Origin: Babesia bigemina
Lineage: Eukaryota
Direction: 5' to 3'
NCBI RefSeq assembly: GCF_000981445.1
Contig: NC_027217.1
Coordinates: forward strand, 372,001-436,000
DNA length: 64,000 nucleotides
The notes under the pieces were generated by a model. That model worked only from the letters and a program-made list of their open reading frames with translations, ran no database searches and was not told where the DNA came from. Each line of letters begins with the position of its first letter. Position 1 is the stretch's first letter. A program made the translations under genes and the position numbers. Below are positions 1 to 9,942 of the stretch, piece by piece.

Positions 1-3000
1 GCAAGGCGGATGTTCCGTTCCCACGTGCCGGCGACGAATCCAGACTTGAAGTAGCAGAGCACGTACACCAGCAGCATGGTGCTCACCCCCACGAAGTAGT
101 TGCCGATTGCGAGCGAGGCGCACATCAGTATGATGAGTTGCGTCACCCGGGGGTGCCGCCACGAGAACATGTTGAGGAACTTCTCGTACCTCATGGCGAA
201 CAGGTTGAGGTAGTAGTTGCCCAGGACGATCTGGTCCCGGGCCTTCCTCAGCATGCCTAGCATCGTGATCTTGTGTTCGGTTTCCATCTCCTCGTCGCTC
301 TCCAGCTCGTCGTAGTCGGACAGCTCCTTGGGCTCGTCCGCCTCCAGCTCGGGGTCGCACGAAAATTCGGGCTGCCGCTTCCTGATCTTGTTCACGTAGA
401 TGCTTTTGAAGTACGAGTACAGCCTGCCACGCCGGTTGTGCTGTTCTTGCGGGGTGGTTGCCGGCTCGGCCCTGGCGCTGTCAAAGTCCTGCGAATCCTT
501 GCTCTCCACGCGGATGGCGCTCAGGTCGATCTCCCCCCCGTCGGTCTCCAACGAAAACTGGTAAACCATTCCCTCGCTGGTGTTAGACTCGGACGACGTC
601 TCCTCGGCGTCCGACTCCTCGCTTTCCTGCACGGCGGCGCTGATCATCCGGGTCGGCGTGTCGTCCGGCGCCTGCACCTCGTCCTCGGACAGCATCGAGA
701 AGATTTCGAAGTCGTCGTCCTCCGGGTCGTGCTCCGCTTGGACTAGCTGGCACTGCCTGGTATGCAGGAATATCACGTTAGACCGCGCGATTTGCCGGTA
801 TTTGGAGAAGGGCTGCAGCCTGCACTGGTGCCCCTTCGCCGCGTTGTAAATCCGCAGCTTGGTGTTACCCATGAAGCACCCCTTCCTGGGCCTTCGTATA
901 TGGAACGCGTACTTGCCCGCATGCGTCGTGAGCACGCACCCAAAGGGCATCCCGCCGCCAGGGGCTGCGTGCGCGGCGGGGCGTATTTTGCCTTCAAGGA
1001 CGGTGTCGTCATCCTGCCACGTGATCCGGTGCTGCCGCGAAAACGAGCACGAGATGAATATCCACGCAACAGTGAAAAACACCTTAAACATATCCAGCAC
1101 CACGCACGGCAGCAGCGTGAGCGCGAACGTAAAAATGTTCTGTAACCAGCTGCGTCGGGGTGGGGTGGGTTCGGTCTCCTCCTCCTCACAATCCGTCAGC
1201 CACTCCTCCACGCTTTCAGCCTGCACGTTGACCTCAGGTCTGTCGAACGCCACTGGGAGGGGTTCCGCAAAGGATATTGCCGCTGCTTCCCGGGGCGACA
1301 CCGTGTGTTCTGCGAACGGTATTATTTCCCTGTCACTGTCCAGGTCCGCCGTGTCCTCTACGTTGTTGTCCCGCTTTGTGCGCTTCTTCAGTTTTAAAAA
1401 GTTGAAGCGGCATTTGGACTCGCCGTACTGCTGCGGTTTCGACCTGCTGCCATGGCTTGGTGACGCATCGGAGATGTTCTGCGGCGACCGCTTGAAGTGG
1501 TATATGCCCCTCTTAAGGGCAACCAGTGCCCTGAACCTGCCGCCACGCGAACCGGAACTGTGCCGTTTGTTTCGACTCGCGTCGTGCTCGTTTTGGGGCG
1601 GCGCCGTACTTTCCGCACCGCCGCACCGGTTCGTGCCTGTGGCCGTGCTGGTGTAGCCCCGATTAGTTGGTGAGTGGTCGACACTGGTTGCGCCGCTTTC
1701 GGAAGGGTTCTTGACATGGTACTGGTCGATTTCGAGCGCCTTGGTGCCCTTTTTGTACACCAATACTCGCGGCTTACTGTGCGCACGATCCTTGATGTGA
1801 ATTAGGTCGTGCGGCTGGATGTCCCTCTCGTCGGCTTTGGTGCTGCTCCCGCGGGACATCTCCGGAGCTACAGCGTAGCGTTTCATCGGACTCAGGGTCA
1901 ACACGCGCGCCATGCTTCCCTGCGCCCCGCGATTCACGTTGCCCGCAGATCGACCGGTGACGACCCACTTGCGCCGCCTGACGAACGCAAACGCGTGAGT
2001 CTCTTTGGACCATGCAGAGTTCCAGTTCTTCGCATAGACCCAGCCGTTCTCGTCGGTGTCCTTGTTCACCACGACGTCGGAATGGTAGAGCAAGAAGTCA
2101 GGAATGACCACGTGTCCCCCGTCCTCGGCCGATACATGCGGCCTGTCGTAGAATCTCAGGTTGTGCTTGCTGTACGTGCCAAACACCGACTTCCGCTCGT
2201 TCTCGTACCACTCGGTGATCTCGGCCACTGGGGGCACGTGGTTCGTCTTCAGTTCCTGCTCCTGTTGCTCCCGCTGCGCCGGGTGCGCCACTCCGCCCTG
2301 CTGGGCGACGGCCTCGACGTTCAGCTTCGTGGCCACCCTGTTCCTGTGGAGCAGGTGCAGCGTCTGGATGTTGTTGATCCCGCCCGCGAACGTGAGCAGG
2401 GCGGCCATGGCGAAGTACTTGACGGTCAGTACCACATTTTGCACCCACGGCACGACCTCCCACGGGTAGGGTGGCGGCTGGTAGAAGATCGTGTGTATCG
2501 CCCGAAGCATCGTCTTCCCGTCGGTTTGCAGCAGGTTCGACAGCGACCCCGTGTCCATCTGGCTGAGGAAGAGCCCCGCGAGATACGTGTGCAAGACCCC
2601 CCTGTGGCTGCACGTCTCATGTCGAGTGCCTGCATGCGCCGTGTACGAGACGTATGCGTTCATGGCCTGCTTCTCAGTGAGCATGGGCGGCTCCCGGTGC
2701 TCAATGCGCGCGATTTGGGTCTGCTGCTTGGGGCTCCCCTTGCCATACGACGAGATGAAGCCCTTTATTCTGAGATCGAGCATCTGCACCTTTTCGGCCG
2801 CTATGCTGCGCGTGACCACATCGCTGACGGTGTGGCTGTTGGTCTGCAGAAAGGCCTTGCGTTTGGTGCACACCATGCACACGGACTTCGGCAGCAGCAG
2901 AAACTTCTCCGTGAGCCTCTGCGGCAGCAGCGCGATGAGCAGCGGGTACCTGAGCAACAGGTCCCTGACCCACCGCGCTGAGTCGGGGTGGCTCCGCAGG

Positions 3001-4766
3001 GAGCAGTACGCCAGGGGCACGATGATGAAGAGCAGCAGCTTGTCCGAATATACCCCCAGCACCGCTATGAAGTAAATCAACCATGCGAACGAGAGGCTGG
3101 CGTCCGTGAAGTGGATCACCCGCTTCATGTACCCCAAGACGCTTCTGGCGTTCCTGTACGCCGCCACCACTCTTTTGATGTTCGAGGTGAGCATTTGGAG
3201 CCCCCCGGCGGTGGACGCTTTGGTCGCGTTGGCTATGTATTCCTGAGGCGAGTTGTGCGACAGCGCGACGGGGTCCAAGAAGTTCCCGAAATGCTTGGGG
3301 GTGACCACGGAGAGCACCACGTACCCCGCTTCCGGCACCTTAGCGTTCGCCGCGGACGTGTTCACGACCGACTCGGGGTTCGGGTGGTCAGAGATGTCAA
3401 TCCTTTTCTGGTTGAGCGGATTGACGGCCTCGATCTGTTTGAGCACGCAGGTTTTGAGCGTTGCAGGCTCGTTGATCGAGAAGTGGCAGTTCGACAACGC
3501 CGCGCTGCCCAGGTATACGTCGTTGGCAGCGATGAAGTGCATCCAGACATAGTCCTGGCACGTGTGCTGGTACATGGGGATGTACAGGCACGCCTCGTCG
3601 CCGTAGAAGTACGACTGCTTGGCCATCACGACCTTCTTCTTGTCGCTCGTCTTGTTGAGGTGCCACAGCTTGGAGAGCATGTTGTACCCCTGTTGCTGCG
3701 GCGTGGTCGCAAGACTCGACGCTGCCCTGGTCTTCACCCGCTCGTCCTCGTGGGCTTCCGTCGACTCTGGCTTGTAGATGTCCAGAGTGGACGCCCGTGC
3801 GAAGTCTTTGCCCGCTATCGTTTCCAGGCCGCTATTCATGTCAACCACCCGTAGTGGGCGGTCGCCCGGATGTTGCACCCGCACCTCGTCCGCGTGCGAC
3901 TCCTCGTCGATGGTCGACAAGTAGGACATCACCCGCGGCACCTCGATGTGGGTCGCCGGCGACTGCCTGGGCAGGTTCAGGACGTAGAAGCTGCTGTTGT
4001 GCTCCACCACGCAGCATATCGGCGAGTACGCGGGCGAGTACACCTGCAGCAGTTCCACGACGCTGAGCTTCATGAACGTGAACGCAGCCTTGCGGCGTGG
4101 CATGGTCTCCACATTTTCGGACTTCGGGAAGAACTCGATCGGCAGGAGGTATGTAGGAAGCCCGTAGGCGACGTACTTGCTACGCAACTGGTTCTGCTCG
4201 ACGAAGTTCTGCAGCGACCCGTACCGCGTGGTCCAGAGGATTGCCAGCAGCCAGTCGGAGGCGACCTTGTGGTTGCTAGTCGCAAGCCACACAGTGCTGT
4301 CATCAGCATACGGCTTTCTCGCGGTGCGCGCCGCGTTGTTGCCCGCGTTGATGTCCTTGAAGATGTCGTTGATTAGACCCTCTTGCGCCTCCTCCGCGTC
4401 GACAAGCGCCGTATTGGTCCGCACAGTTTGCAAGGCAGGGTTGATCTCGCCCGCGTACTGTTTGATGGGCTTCACCGTGATGCGCCACTTGTACAGCCCG
4501 CTCGTCGAGTGCGACTCCGCCTTCAGTTCGGCGCCGGCGATCATCCAGCTGGCCGTTGCATGACGGAAGACGCCGGGCACGTTTGGGGGCTCGCATTCGC
4601 GGAAGGGCGGCGGCTTCCGGAAGGTATACAGCCTATTATGGTGCAGCATGATGTAGCAGCGCTTGTATCGCTTGGTGTGCGGCGTCCGCCTGTAGAGCCA
4701 TTGCTGCATCGTGAAGCTGCACTGCGACGGCAGCGGGTCCTGTCTTGCGGCCTTGTCGTCCTCCAT
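1..4766 (-). CDS. Large PH + C2-like + DysF + MCTP/PRT_C-type membrane protein (3'-partial, runs off the window start)
   Basis: ATG at 4766 (MEDDKAARQD...) is in the same frame as ...GFVAGTWERNIRL at base 1. No stop-terminated ORF in this frame appears in the track, consistent with one ORF leaving the window. PH motifs: QQWLYRRTPHTKRYKRCYIMLHHNRLYTF ... VASDWLLAI. DysF motifs: WYENERK..DRP..TDENGWVYA..FVRRRKW. MCTP-like hairpins: LTSNIKRV..HFTDASLSFAWLIYF and YEKFLNMFSWRHPRVT. Confidence 0.85.
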   Translation of the reverse strand, partial: MEDDKAARQDPLPSQCSFTMQQWLYRRTPHTKRYKRCYIMLHHNRLYTFRKPPPFRECEPPNVPGVFRHATASWMIAGAELKAESHSTSGLYKWRITVKPIKQYAGEINPALQTVRTNTALVDAEEAQEGLINDIFKDINAGNNAARTARKPYADDSTVWLATSNHKVASDWLLAILWTTRYGSLQNFVEQNQLRSKYVAYGLPTYLLPIEFFPKSENVETMPRRKAAFTFMKLSVVELLQVYSPAYSPICCVVEHNSSFYVLNLPRQSPATHIEVPRVMSYLSTIDEESHADEVRVQHPGDRPLRVVDMNSGLETIAGKDFARASTLDIYKPESTEAHEDERVKTRAASSLATTPQQQGYNMLSKLWHLNKTSDKKKVVMAKQSYFYGDEACLYIPMYQHTCQDYVWMHFIAANDVYLGSAALSNCHFSINEPATLKTCVLKQIEAVNPLNQKRIDISDHPNPESVVNTSAANAKVPEAGYVVLSVVTPKHFGNFLDPVALSHNSPQEYIANATKASTAGGLQMLTSNIKRVVAAYRNARSVLGYMKRVIHFTDASLSFAWLIYFIAVLGVYSDKLLLFIIVPLAYCSLRSHPDSARWVRDLLLRYPLLIALLPQRLTEKFLLLPKSVCMVCTKRKAFLQTNSHTVSDVVTRSIAAEKVQMLDLRIKGFISSYGKGSPKQQTQIARIEHREPPMLTEKQAMNAYVSYTAHAGTRHETCSHRGVLHTYLAGLFLSQMDTGSLSNLLQTDGKTMLRAIHTIFYQPPPYPWEVVPWVQNVVLTVKYFAMAALLTFAGGINNIQTLHLLHRNRVATKLNVEAVAQQGGVAHPAQREQQEQELKTNHVPPVAEITEWYENERKSVFGTYSKHNLRFYDRPHVSAEDGGHVVIPDFLLYHSDVVVNKDTDENGWVYAKNWNSAWSKETHAFAFVRRRKWVVTGRSAGNVNRGAQGSMARVLTLSPMKRYAVAPEMSRGSSTKADERDIQPHDLIHIKDRAHSKPRVLVYKKGTKALEIDQYHVKNPSESGATSVDHSPTNRGYTSTATGTNRCGGAESTAPPQNEHDASRNKRHSSGSRGGRFRALVALKRGIYHFKRSPQNISDASPSHGSRSKPQQYGESKCRFNFLKLKKRTKRDNNVEDTADLDSDREIIPFAEHTVSPREAAAISFAEPLPVAFDRPEVNVQAESVEEWLTDCEEEETEPTPPRRSWLQNIFTFALTLLPCVVLDMFKVFFTVAWIFISCSFSRQHRITWQDDDTVLEGKIRPAAHAAPGGGMPFGCVLTTHAGKYAFHIRRPRKGCFMGNTKLRIYNAAKGHQCRLQPFSKYRQIARSNVIFLHTRQCQLVQAEHDPEDDDFEIFSMLSEDEVQAPDDTPTRMISAAVQESEESDAEETSSESNTSEGMVYQFSLETDGGEIDLSAIRVESKDSQDFDSARAEPATTPQEQHNRRGRLYSYFKSIYVNKIRKRQPEFSCDPELEADEPKELSDYDELESDEEMETEHKITMLGMLRKARDQIVLGNYYLNLFAMRYEKFLNMFSWRHPRVTQLIILMCASLAIGNYFVGVSTMLLVYVLCYFKSGFVAGTWERNIRL

Positions 4767-4902
4767 CTTATTGCTCGCGGTCCAGTGTACGGTCCAGAGG
4801 GAGCTTCCTCGCTCCGCGCGCCCGCAAGGCGCGACTTGATGCAACGGCTCGTCGTCACCCTGGTCGGACGGCGCGGTTCACTCGCTATTAGATGGCGTCG
4901 GT

Positions 4903-4912
4903 TGTGTACACA
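4903..4912. promoter_or_regulatory. Palindrome TGTGTACACA containing the GTGTACAC AP2-G-type motif
   Basis: Perfect 10-bp palindrome in the 165-bp gap between the YL1 stop and the ATG at 4766. Function is inferred only. Confidence 0.25.
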
Positions 4913-4931
4913 TTATGTTTATAACGCGAAA

Positions 4932-6305
4932 TTATTCGGTATCGTACAGGGTTTCTAACATCTCTTCTAAGTGGTCGAGCTCGGCCGCCATTTGCTGGTT
5001 CTCGCGGTCGGCGTGGTCCATCCGGATGGCGTTGTACGCGTCCTCGTCGCTGTAGTAGTGCCTTGTGAGAGGGTCGACATATCGCGCCGGCTTGCCTGTG
5101 ATGGCACATAGAGGCTGTTTCGCCAAGTCTCGCCGCCGTCGCGCCTCCTCCTGCTGGGTGTAGAACTCGGGGAGCTTCCCGCTGGTGAACATGTACAGTT
5201 TGAGTGGCTTCTCCGTCACGTGACTAGAGGGGCTGGGCTGCGCGTCCTGCTCGGCCTCGTTGTTCTTGGTGACGATGGACAGCAGGGAGTTCCAGCACAC
5301 CCAGATGTCGTAGCTGCCCTTGTAGTTCCACTTCTTGATGTCCTCGTAGTACTTCTTCTCGTCCTCCTGCCGCGAATTGGCCACGTAGCGCGCAGTTAAC
5401 TAACCCATGCCTGCAGGTTCGCCAGCGAGCGTGCGTTCGCCGCCTCCGTTTGGAGGGCGTTGGCCATGAGCTGTTCCTGCGTCATGCTGCTCCGCTTCTT
5501 CGGCGTCTTTTTTTGCGCGCCCGCGCCGCCCGCCTGCTTGCTGCTGCCGCGAATGCGCTCCATTTTGTTGGTGATCTCCGTCTTCCACTTGGTGGAGGCC
5601 CTGACGGAGCGGTCTGCGCCCGGTTCGGGGCCCTGCAGCGATTGCCGCCGAGTCCGTTCACTCTCGTCGCCGCGACTTTTTTCAGCCTGTACCGTCCTTA
5701 TTTATGCCAAAATGCACTCACATTTTGCTTGTCCAGGGTTTTGCGGGCGAGTTTGCTGCGCTGCAGCGCAGGATCCACGTAAGAGCCATACTTGCGCTTC
5801 TTCTTTTCCTTGAATTGCGATTCGTCGACCTCTTCGTCCGATTTCTGCGCTGATTAGAACGCGAGGTTGGCCGCCTACATCTGTTTCGGGGTCGTCGAAG
5901 TCGGAGTCGGTGGAGTACGCGTACTGCTCCTCCCCCTCACTGCAGTTGTAGTCCTCGTCGACGGCCTCTTCCTCCCACGTGTTGTGGCCCCAGAACTGCT
6001 GGTCCTTCTCCAACTCCTCGCCCACCAGTTGCGTGTACCTGCGACAGTTAGTTCACAACCACGACGACCAACTTTTTTCCGCGGTTCTGTCGTTTGGGCA
6101 GCCCGAGTGCGACTCCAACGCTCATTTCGTCAAAGGACGACTCCGACTCGTCGTCATCGTCGTCCTCATCGTCATCGTCTTCATCCTCATCATCGTCGCC
6201 GTCGTCATCGCCCCCCTCTTCGTCGCCAGAGATGAGCTCTTCCGACTCCTCCGCTTCTGTTTCCTCGAGCTCCTGCTCCTCCAGCTCCTCCGCAGCGGCC
6301 GCCAT
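4932..6305 (-). CDS. VPS72: YL1/Vps72 (SWR1 complex subunit), multi-exon
   Basis: Acidic N-terminus, PKRQNRGKK..EEEAVDEDY..DSDFDDPE (YL1 N-domain) and CAITGKPARYVDPLTRHYYSDEDAYNAIR (YL1_C). The pieces are joined by short introns. Confidence 0.88.
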
Positions 6306-6550
6306 CGGCAGGCTGGTTGGCTAATCCTATCCCCTGCAGCGGCTGATATGTGTGTCGCAGAGCTTTTGCCCTACGCGACCAAAACCGCAAGTCAGATCAC
6401 CGAACAGATACGGCGGTGATGCTGGCCCCCCCGCGACGGGGTCGCGAGCGCAGACGAACAGCCAATCGCAAACACATCGTGCCCAATGGCAAAGCAGCCG
6501 TTTCTATCTCCAATGTGCAGCCAATTAAGGTGAGTTGGGGGTGCAGCGTC

Positions 6551-8004
6551 ATGCATGGCGGATGCTTGGCTGTTGCGGGCCGCTTGCGGGTCGCCGTAGC
6601 CGGCGCGATTCCACGAGGTCGACAGCGCTCTCCAGCGGCCGATTTCAGCTCGCTGGCACACAGTAGCCTCGATAAGGTCTCACTTGACGCCCATGGAGGC
6701 GGCGTCGTGTCTTCTAGACACGATTGGCAGGTGCTGTACAACTACGCGAAGCACCTCTCCAACGACCGCAACGAGCTAACGCGGAGCAAGTGCATAACCT
6801 TGCTGCTGACCCTCAGTCAGATTCTGCTGGAACAGAGCGTGCTGCGCGGCCACGGCGCGCGTGTAACGTCGACCTACCTCTGGAATCACTGCACCGCCAG
6901 CCTTGCTCCCACGCCTCGTCGGCATGCACCCACCAGCTACTCCGTTGAGCCGTCTTCCCTGTTGCGCTATCTGAGGTACATGGCGAGGCTGCGGCCGTAT
7001 CACCGTTTGAGCGTGCTGCGCGACGGGCCTGCGCCCTCTGATGATGTCGTCAGCCGTGGCAGTTGCGCCACGACGCCGCAGGGAGGGGTGGGCTACGCCG
7101 GGCTGTTCAGCCGTCTGATGGGCGACGACGTCTCACCATGTTCCGTACGCCGTAGTAGAAAAGTGTCGGGGTCGCATATAGGCCCGCTCCGCCTGCGCTC
7201 AGACCAGCTCCTAGCCCACCCAGGCATTTTCAGTTACCCCGTCTACCTTGAGCTCATCGGCGACGAGCACGTTGCCGCTCCCCCGGCCGAAGGCGCCGCT
7301 GCTGCGCCAGATGCCGCTCTCATTTTACAGCGGAGCGTCGAGCAGCTGCTCGATCGCCTGCGTGTCCTCTACTTGGGCCACGGCACCCGTGGTCAGCAGT
7401 GCCTGGTCCCAATGTTCACGGCCGTCATGCTCTACGGCCCAAAACTTAAGCTAAGCGGGAACGCCGAGCTTGACGGGGCATATCGCAAACTCCACAGCAG
7501 CCTGTCGAATGCGGCAATCTCCACGGAAGGTGCCCCCCCGCTGAGTTTCAGGTTGGTCGCCCGCACGCATAGCCCTCATGCCAATTCAGGAGTTTGGCGT
7601 ACCTGCTCAACAGCTGCCTGCACACGGCCGACACTGCTCCCATTTGCGCTTTCGCAGAACGCAGGATATCGGAATCGGCGGAATTGGTGCCCCTGGAGTG
7701 GCTGGAGAACATCTGTTTTGCGTGCTCCAAGAGCCGGTACCCGCACGACACGCTGTATGAGGCGATGTCACGGCACGTTTCGGCCCAGGCGGACTCCGCA
7801 AGCCCAGTGGTTTGCTTGAACCTGCTGTGGAGCTTCAGCCGTGTGGGCAGGGCCCACCTGGTGGGAAAAGCTTTAGAGCGCCGGATCGCCGAGTTGGGGC
7901 CCGGCGCATTCGCGCACGTGAACCCTGCATTCCTGCGGCGCGCAGTGGTTGCGCTGGAGCCGCACGTCGCGGAGTCGACGCTGCAGACTATTCGGTACAA
8001 ATGA
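6551..8004 (+). CDS. Hypothetical helical-repeat (OPR/HPR/RAP-associated-like) protein, 2 exons, possibly organelle-targeted
   Basis: Arg/Ala-rich N-terminus from ATG 6551. A GT-AG intron at 7552-7589 joins the two long frames in phase (PPLSFR|SLAYLLNSC). Motifs LENICFACSKSRY and CLNLLWSFSRVG. The start codon is uncertain. Confidence 0.6.
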
Positions 8005-8016
8005 AGAACGTTGCAA

Positions 8017-8132
8017 GACACTTGGTGCGGGTGAACAACGCCATGGGACACTTGGTGCAGGTGAACAACGCTGTGGGACACTTGGTGCGGGTGAACAACG
8101 CCATGGGACACTTGGTGCGGGTGAACAACGCC
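8017..8132. repeat. 30-bp minisatellite, about 4 copies
   Basis: Unit GACACTTGGTGC(G/A)GGTGAACAACGC(C/T)(A/G)TGG starting at 8017, 8047, 8077 and 8107, between two convergent stop codons. Confidence 0.95.
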
Positions 8133-8165
8133 GCGAGTCGCAACTGTTACACGAATTAATGTTGT

Positions 8166-9778
8166 CTACTGTTCATTTAGCAGCTCGTCGAGGTCGTCGT
8201 CCCAGGCGCCTTTGCTCTTCGTCAGGTCCAACTTAACGTCCGCGGCAAGCGCAACTGGGGTGGTCGGCATGGATACCAGCTGTTGCACCGGGCTCCGCAC
8301 GGGGTCCGGCATTGGGGCGGCCTGCGCTGCCACTGCGGGTTGCGGCTGCGGCTCCTCCGCCGCCGCGTCCTCCTCGTGCAGGATCTCGTCGTACAGGTCG
8401 AAATCGTCGTCCCACGATTTCTTGCCCACGAAGTCGTTCGGCCTCGCCGGACGGGCGGTGGGCGTCACCGACTCCGCGTACGCCGGCGCAGGCTGCGGTG
8501 CCCTCGCATGCGAGGCGGCGCCAAATGCAGCACTCGACGAAGCTGGAGTCGCTGGCTCAGCGGATGCCGGCCGCATCAGGTGTGCCTCCCTGGCCACGTC
8601 GAACGCTCCGCTGTCCATGCGCACACTGCTCTGCTGGTACGGCGACCGCATGCTCCGCGCCAGCTCCGCCCGGACGAAGTCCAGGTCGAGGTCCAGGTCG
8701 AGCACCCTGGTCGGCTGGATGAACACCAGCTGCACCGGCGCGAGCTGCTTGAGGTGGCGCGCCCCCAGGGCTTGGATGGCCTCGGCGAGGAACGAGTCCT
8801 TCAGCTGCTTCGACGACTTGCTGAGGTCGGCGTACATGTTGTGCAGCTTCTCGTTGACGTCCTTGAGGTGCCCGTTTTCGTCGTTGAGCTTCTCGACGTG
8901 CGTCCGGAGCTCCTCCGCCTGGAGCACTGCCTGCGAATACTGCTGCTGGCTGATCTCCGCCGCGGGCTGGTTCCTTAGCTGCGCGTTCTGCGCCGAGAGG
9001 TAGAAGGCCTCCTGCGCCATCAGCTTGGCGATGGAGAGTGCGCGGTCCTGCTTGCGCATGGCCTCCTTGATGCGATGTTCGGCGTCCGGCGCAGCCTCGA
9101 CAAGCGCATCCCGCTCCTTCGTCAGCGCTTCGATGTGCGAGTTCGCGACGGCCAGCTGCGCCTTGAGGCTTTCTATTTGGGCGGCGTATTCCGCGACGGC
9201 CGTGCAGCGGTCGCGCATGCCGTCGAAGGTCGCCGCGTTCTGCTTGAGCAGCTCTGCGAAGGTTGGCGCCGCGCAACAGCTGACCTACCTGCCATGCCGC
9301 CAATGCGCCGTTCCTGCGATTTAGCCTCAATCTCGGCCTGCTCGACCAGCGATTTGAGGCTGACGTTCTCCGAGTTCAGCAGTTCGAGCTGGTTCTCGAG
9401 CTCAGCGTTGCGCCGCCTGAGCGCAACGTTCTCCTGCGAAAGCTCCTCCAGGTCGCTGTTGAAGTCGCCCAGCGACCGGTACGCATCGTCCAGCTGCTTG
9501 GAGAGGTCGGCGATGGTGCGGTTGTTCGTCTTGAGCAGCTCGTTGAGCTGCTGCACGCATCCCTCCCCGTATCTCACGATCAGTGACGTGATGCAGTTCC
9601 TGCGCTCCTCGCGGTACACGCTCTCCAGCTCCCGCGCGAGCGAGTCGGTGTAACGCGACCCGAGCTCGTGCTCCGCCCGCGGCGCGCCGTGAGCCGCCCT
9701 GTAGCCGGCCGTGCGTCGGTCGTCTGGATCCGCATCCTCGGCGAGAATGCCGTCGACGATCCCCTTAATGAAATTCAT
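8166..9778 (-). CDS. Coiled-coil hypothetical protein with WDDD motifs, 2 exons
   Basis: ORFs 9173-9778 and 8166-9218 are joined by a 35-nt intron at 9254-9288. Long heptad-rich region. C-terminal KKSWDDDFD and GAWDDDLDELL. Confidence 0.75.
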
Positions 9779-9942
9779 CGCCCCGTGGCCGAGCGTCCTC
9801 GGCCTACTTGGACTCGCTGGGCCGTTGGCGTCTTTGCCGGCGTTATGTGTGTCCCGCTGCGCGCTGCTACGCCGGCGCGCGACCCCTACTCGAGGCGCGC
9901 GAACGCCGCCGCAGGCCGACCCCCTACGCGCTCAGTTATACA

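Noticed and set aside
273..4958. Many long plus-strand ORFs (e.g. 1809-2981, 2988-3854)
   Set aside because: They are antisense shadows of the GC3-rich minus-strand gene at 1-4766, with no recognisable motifs.
6094..6324. Poly-Ser ORF on the plus strand
   Set aside because: It is the antisense reading of the Asp/Glu tract of YL1.
8017..8132. CRISPR-like array (24-bp core with variable 6-bp linkers)
   Set aside because: The linkers are only 6 bp and nearly identical, there are no cas genes, and the context is eukaryotic. It is a minisatellite.
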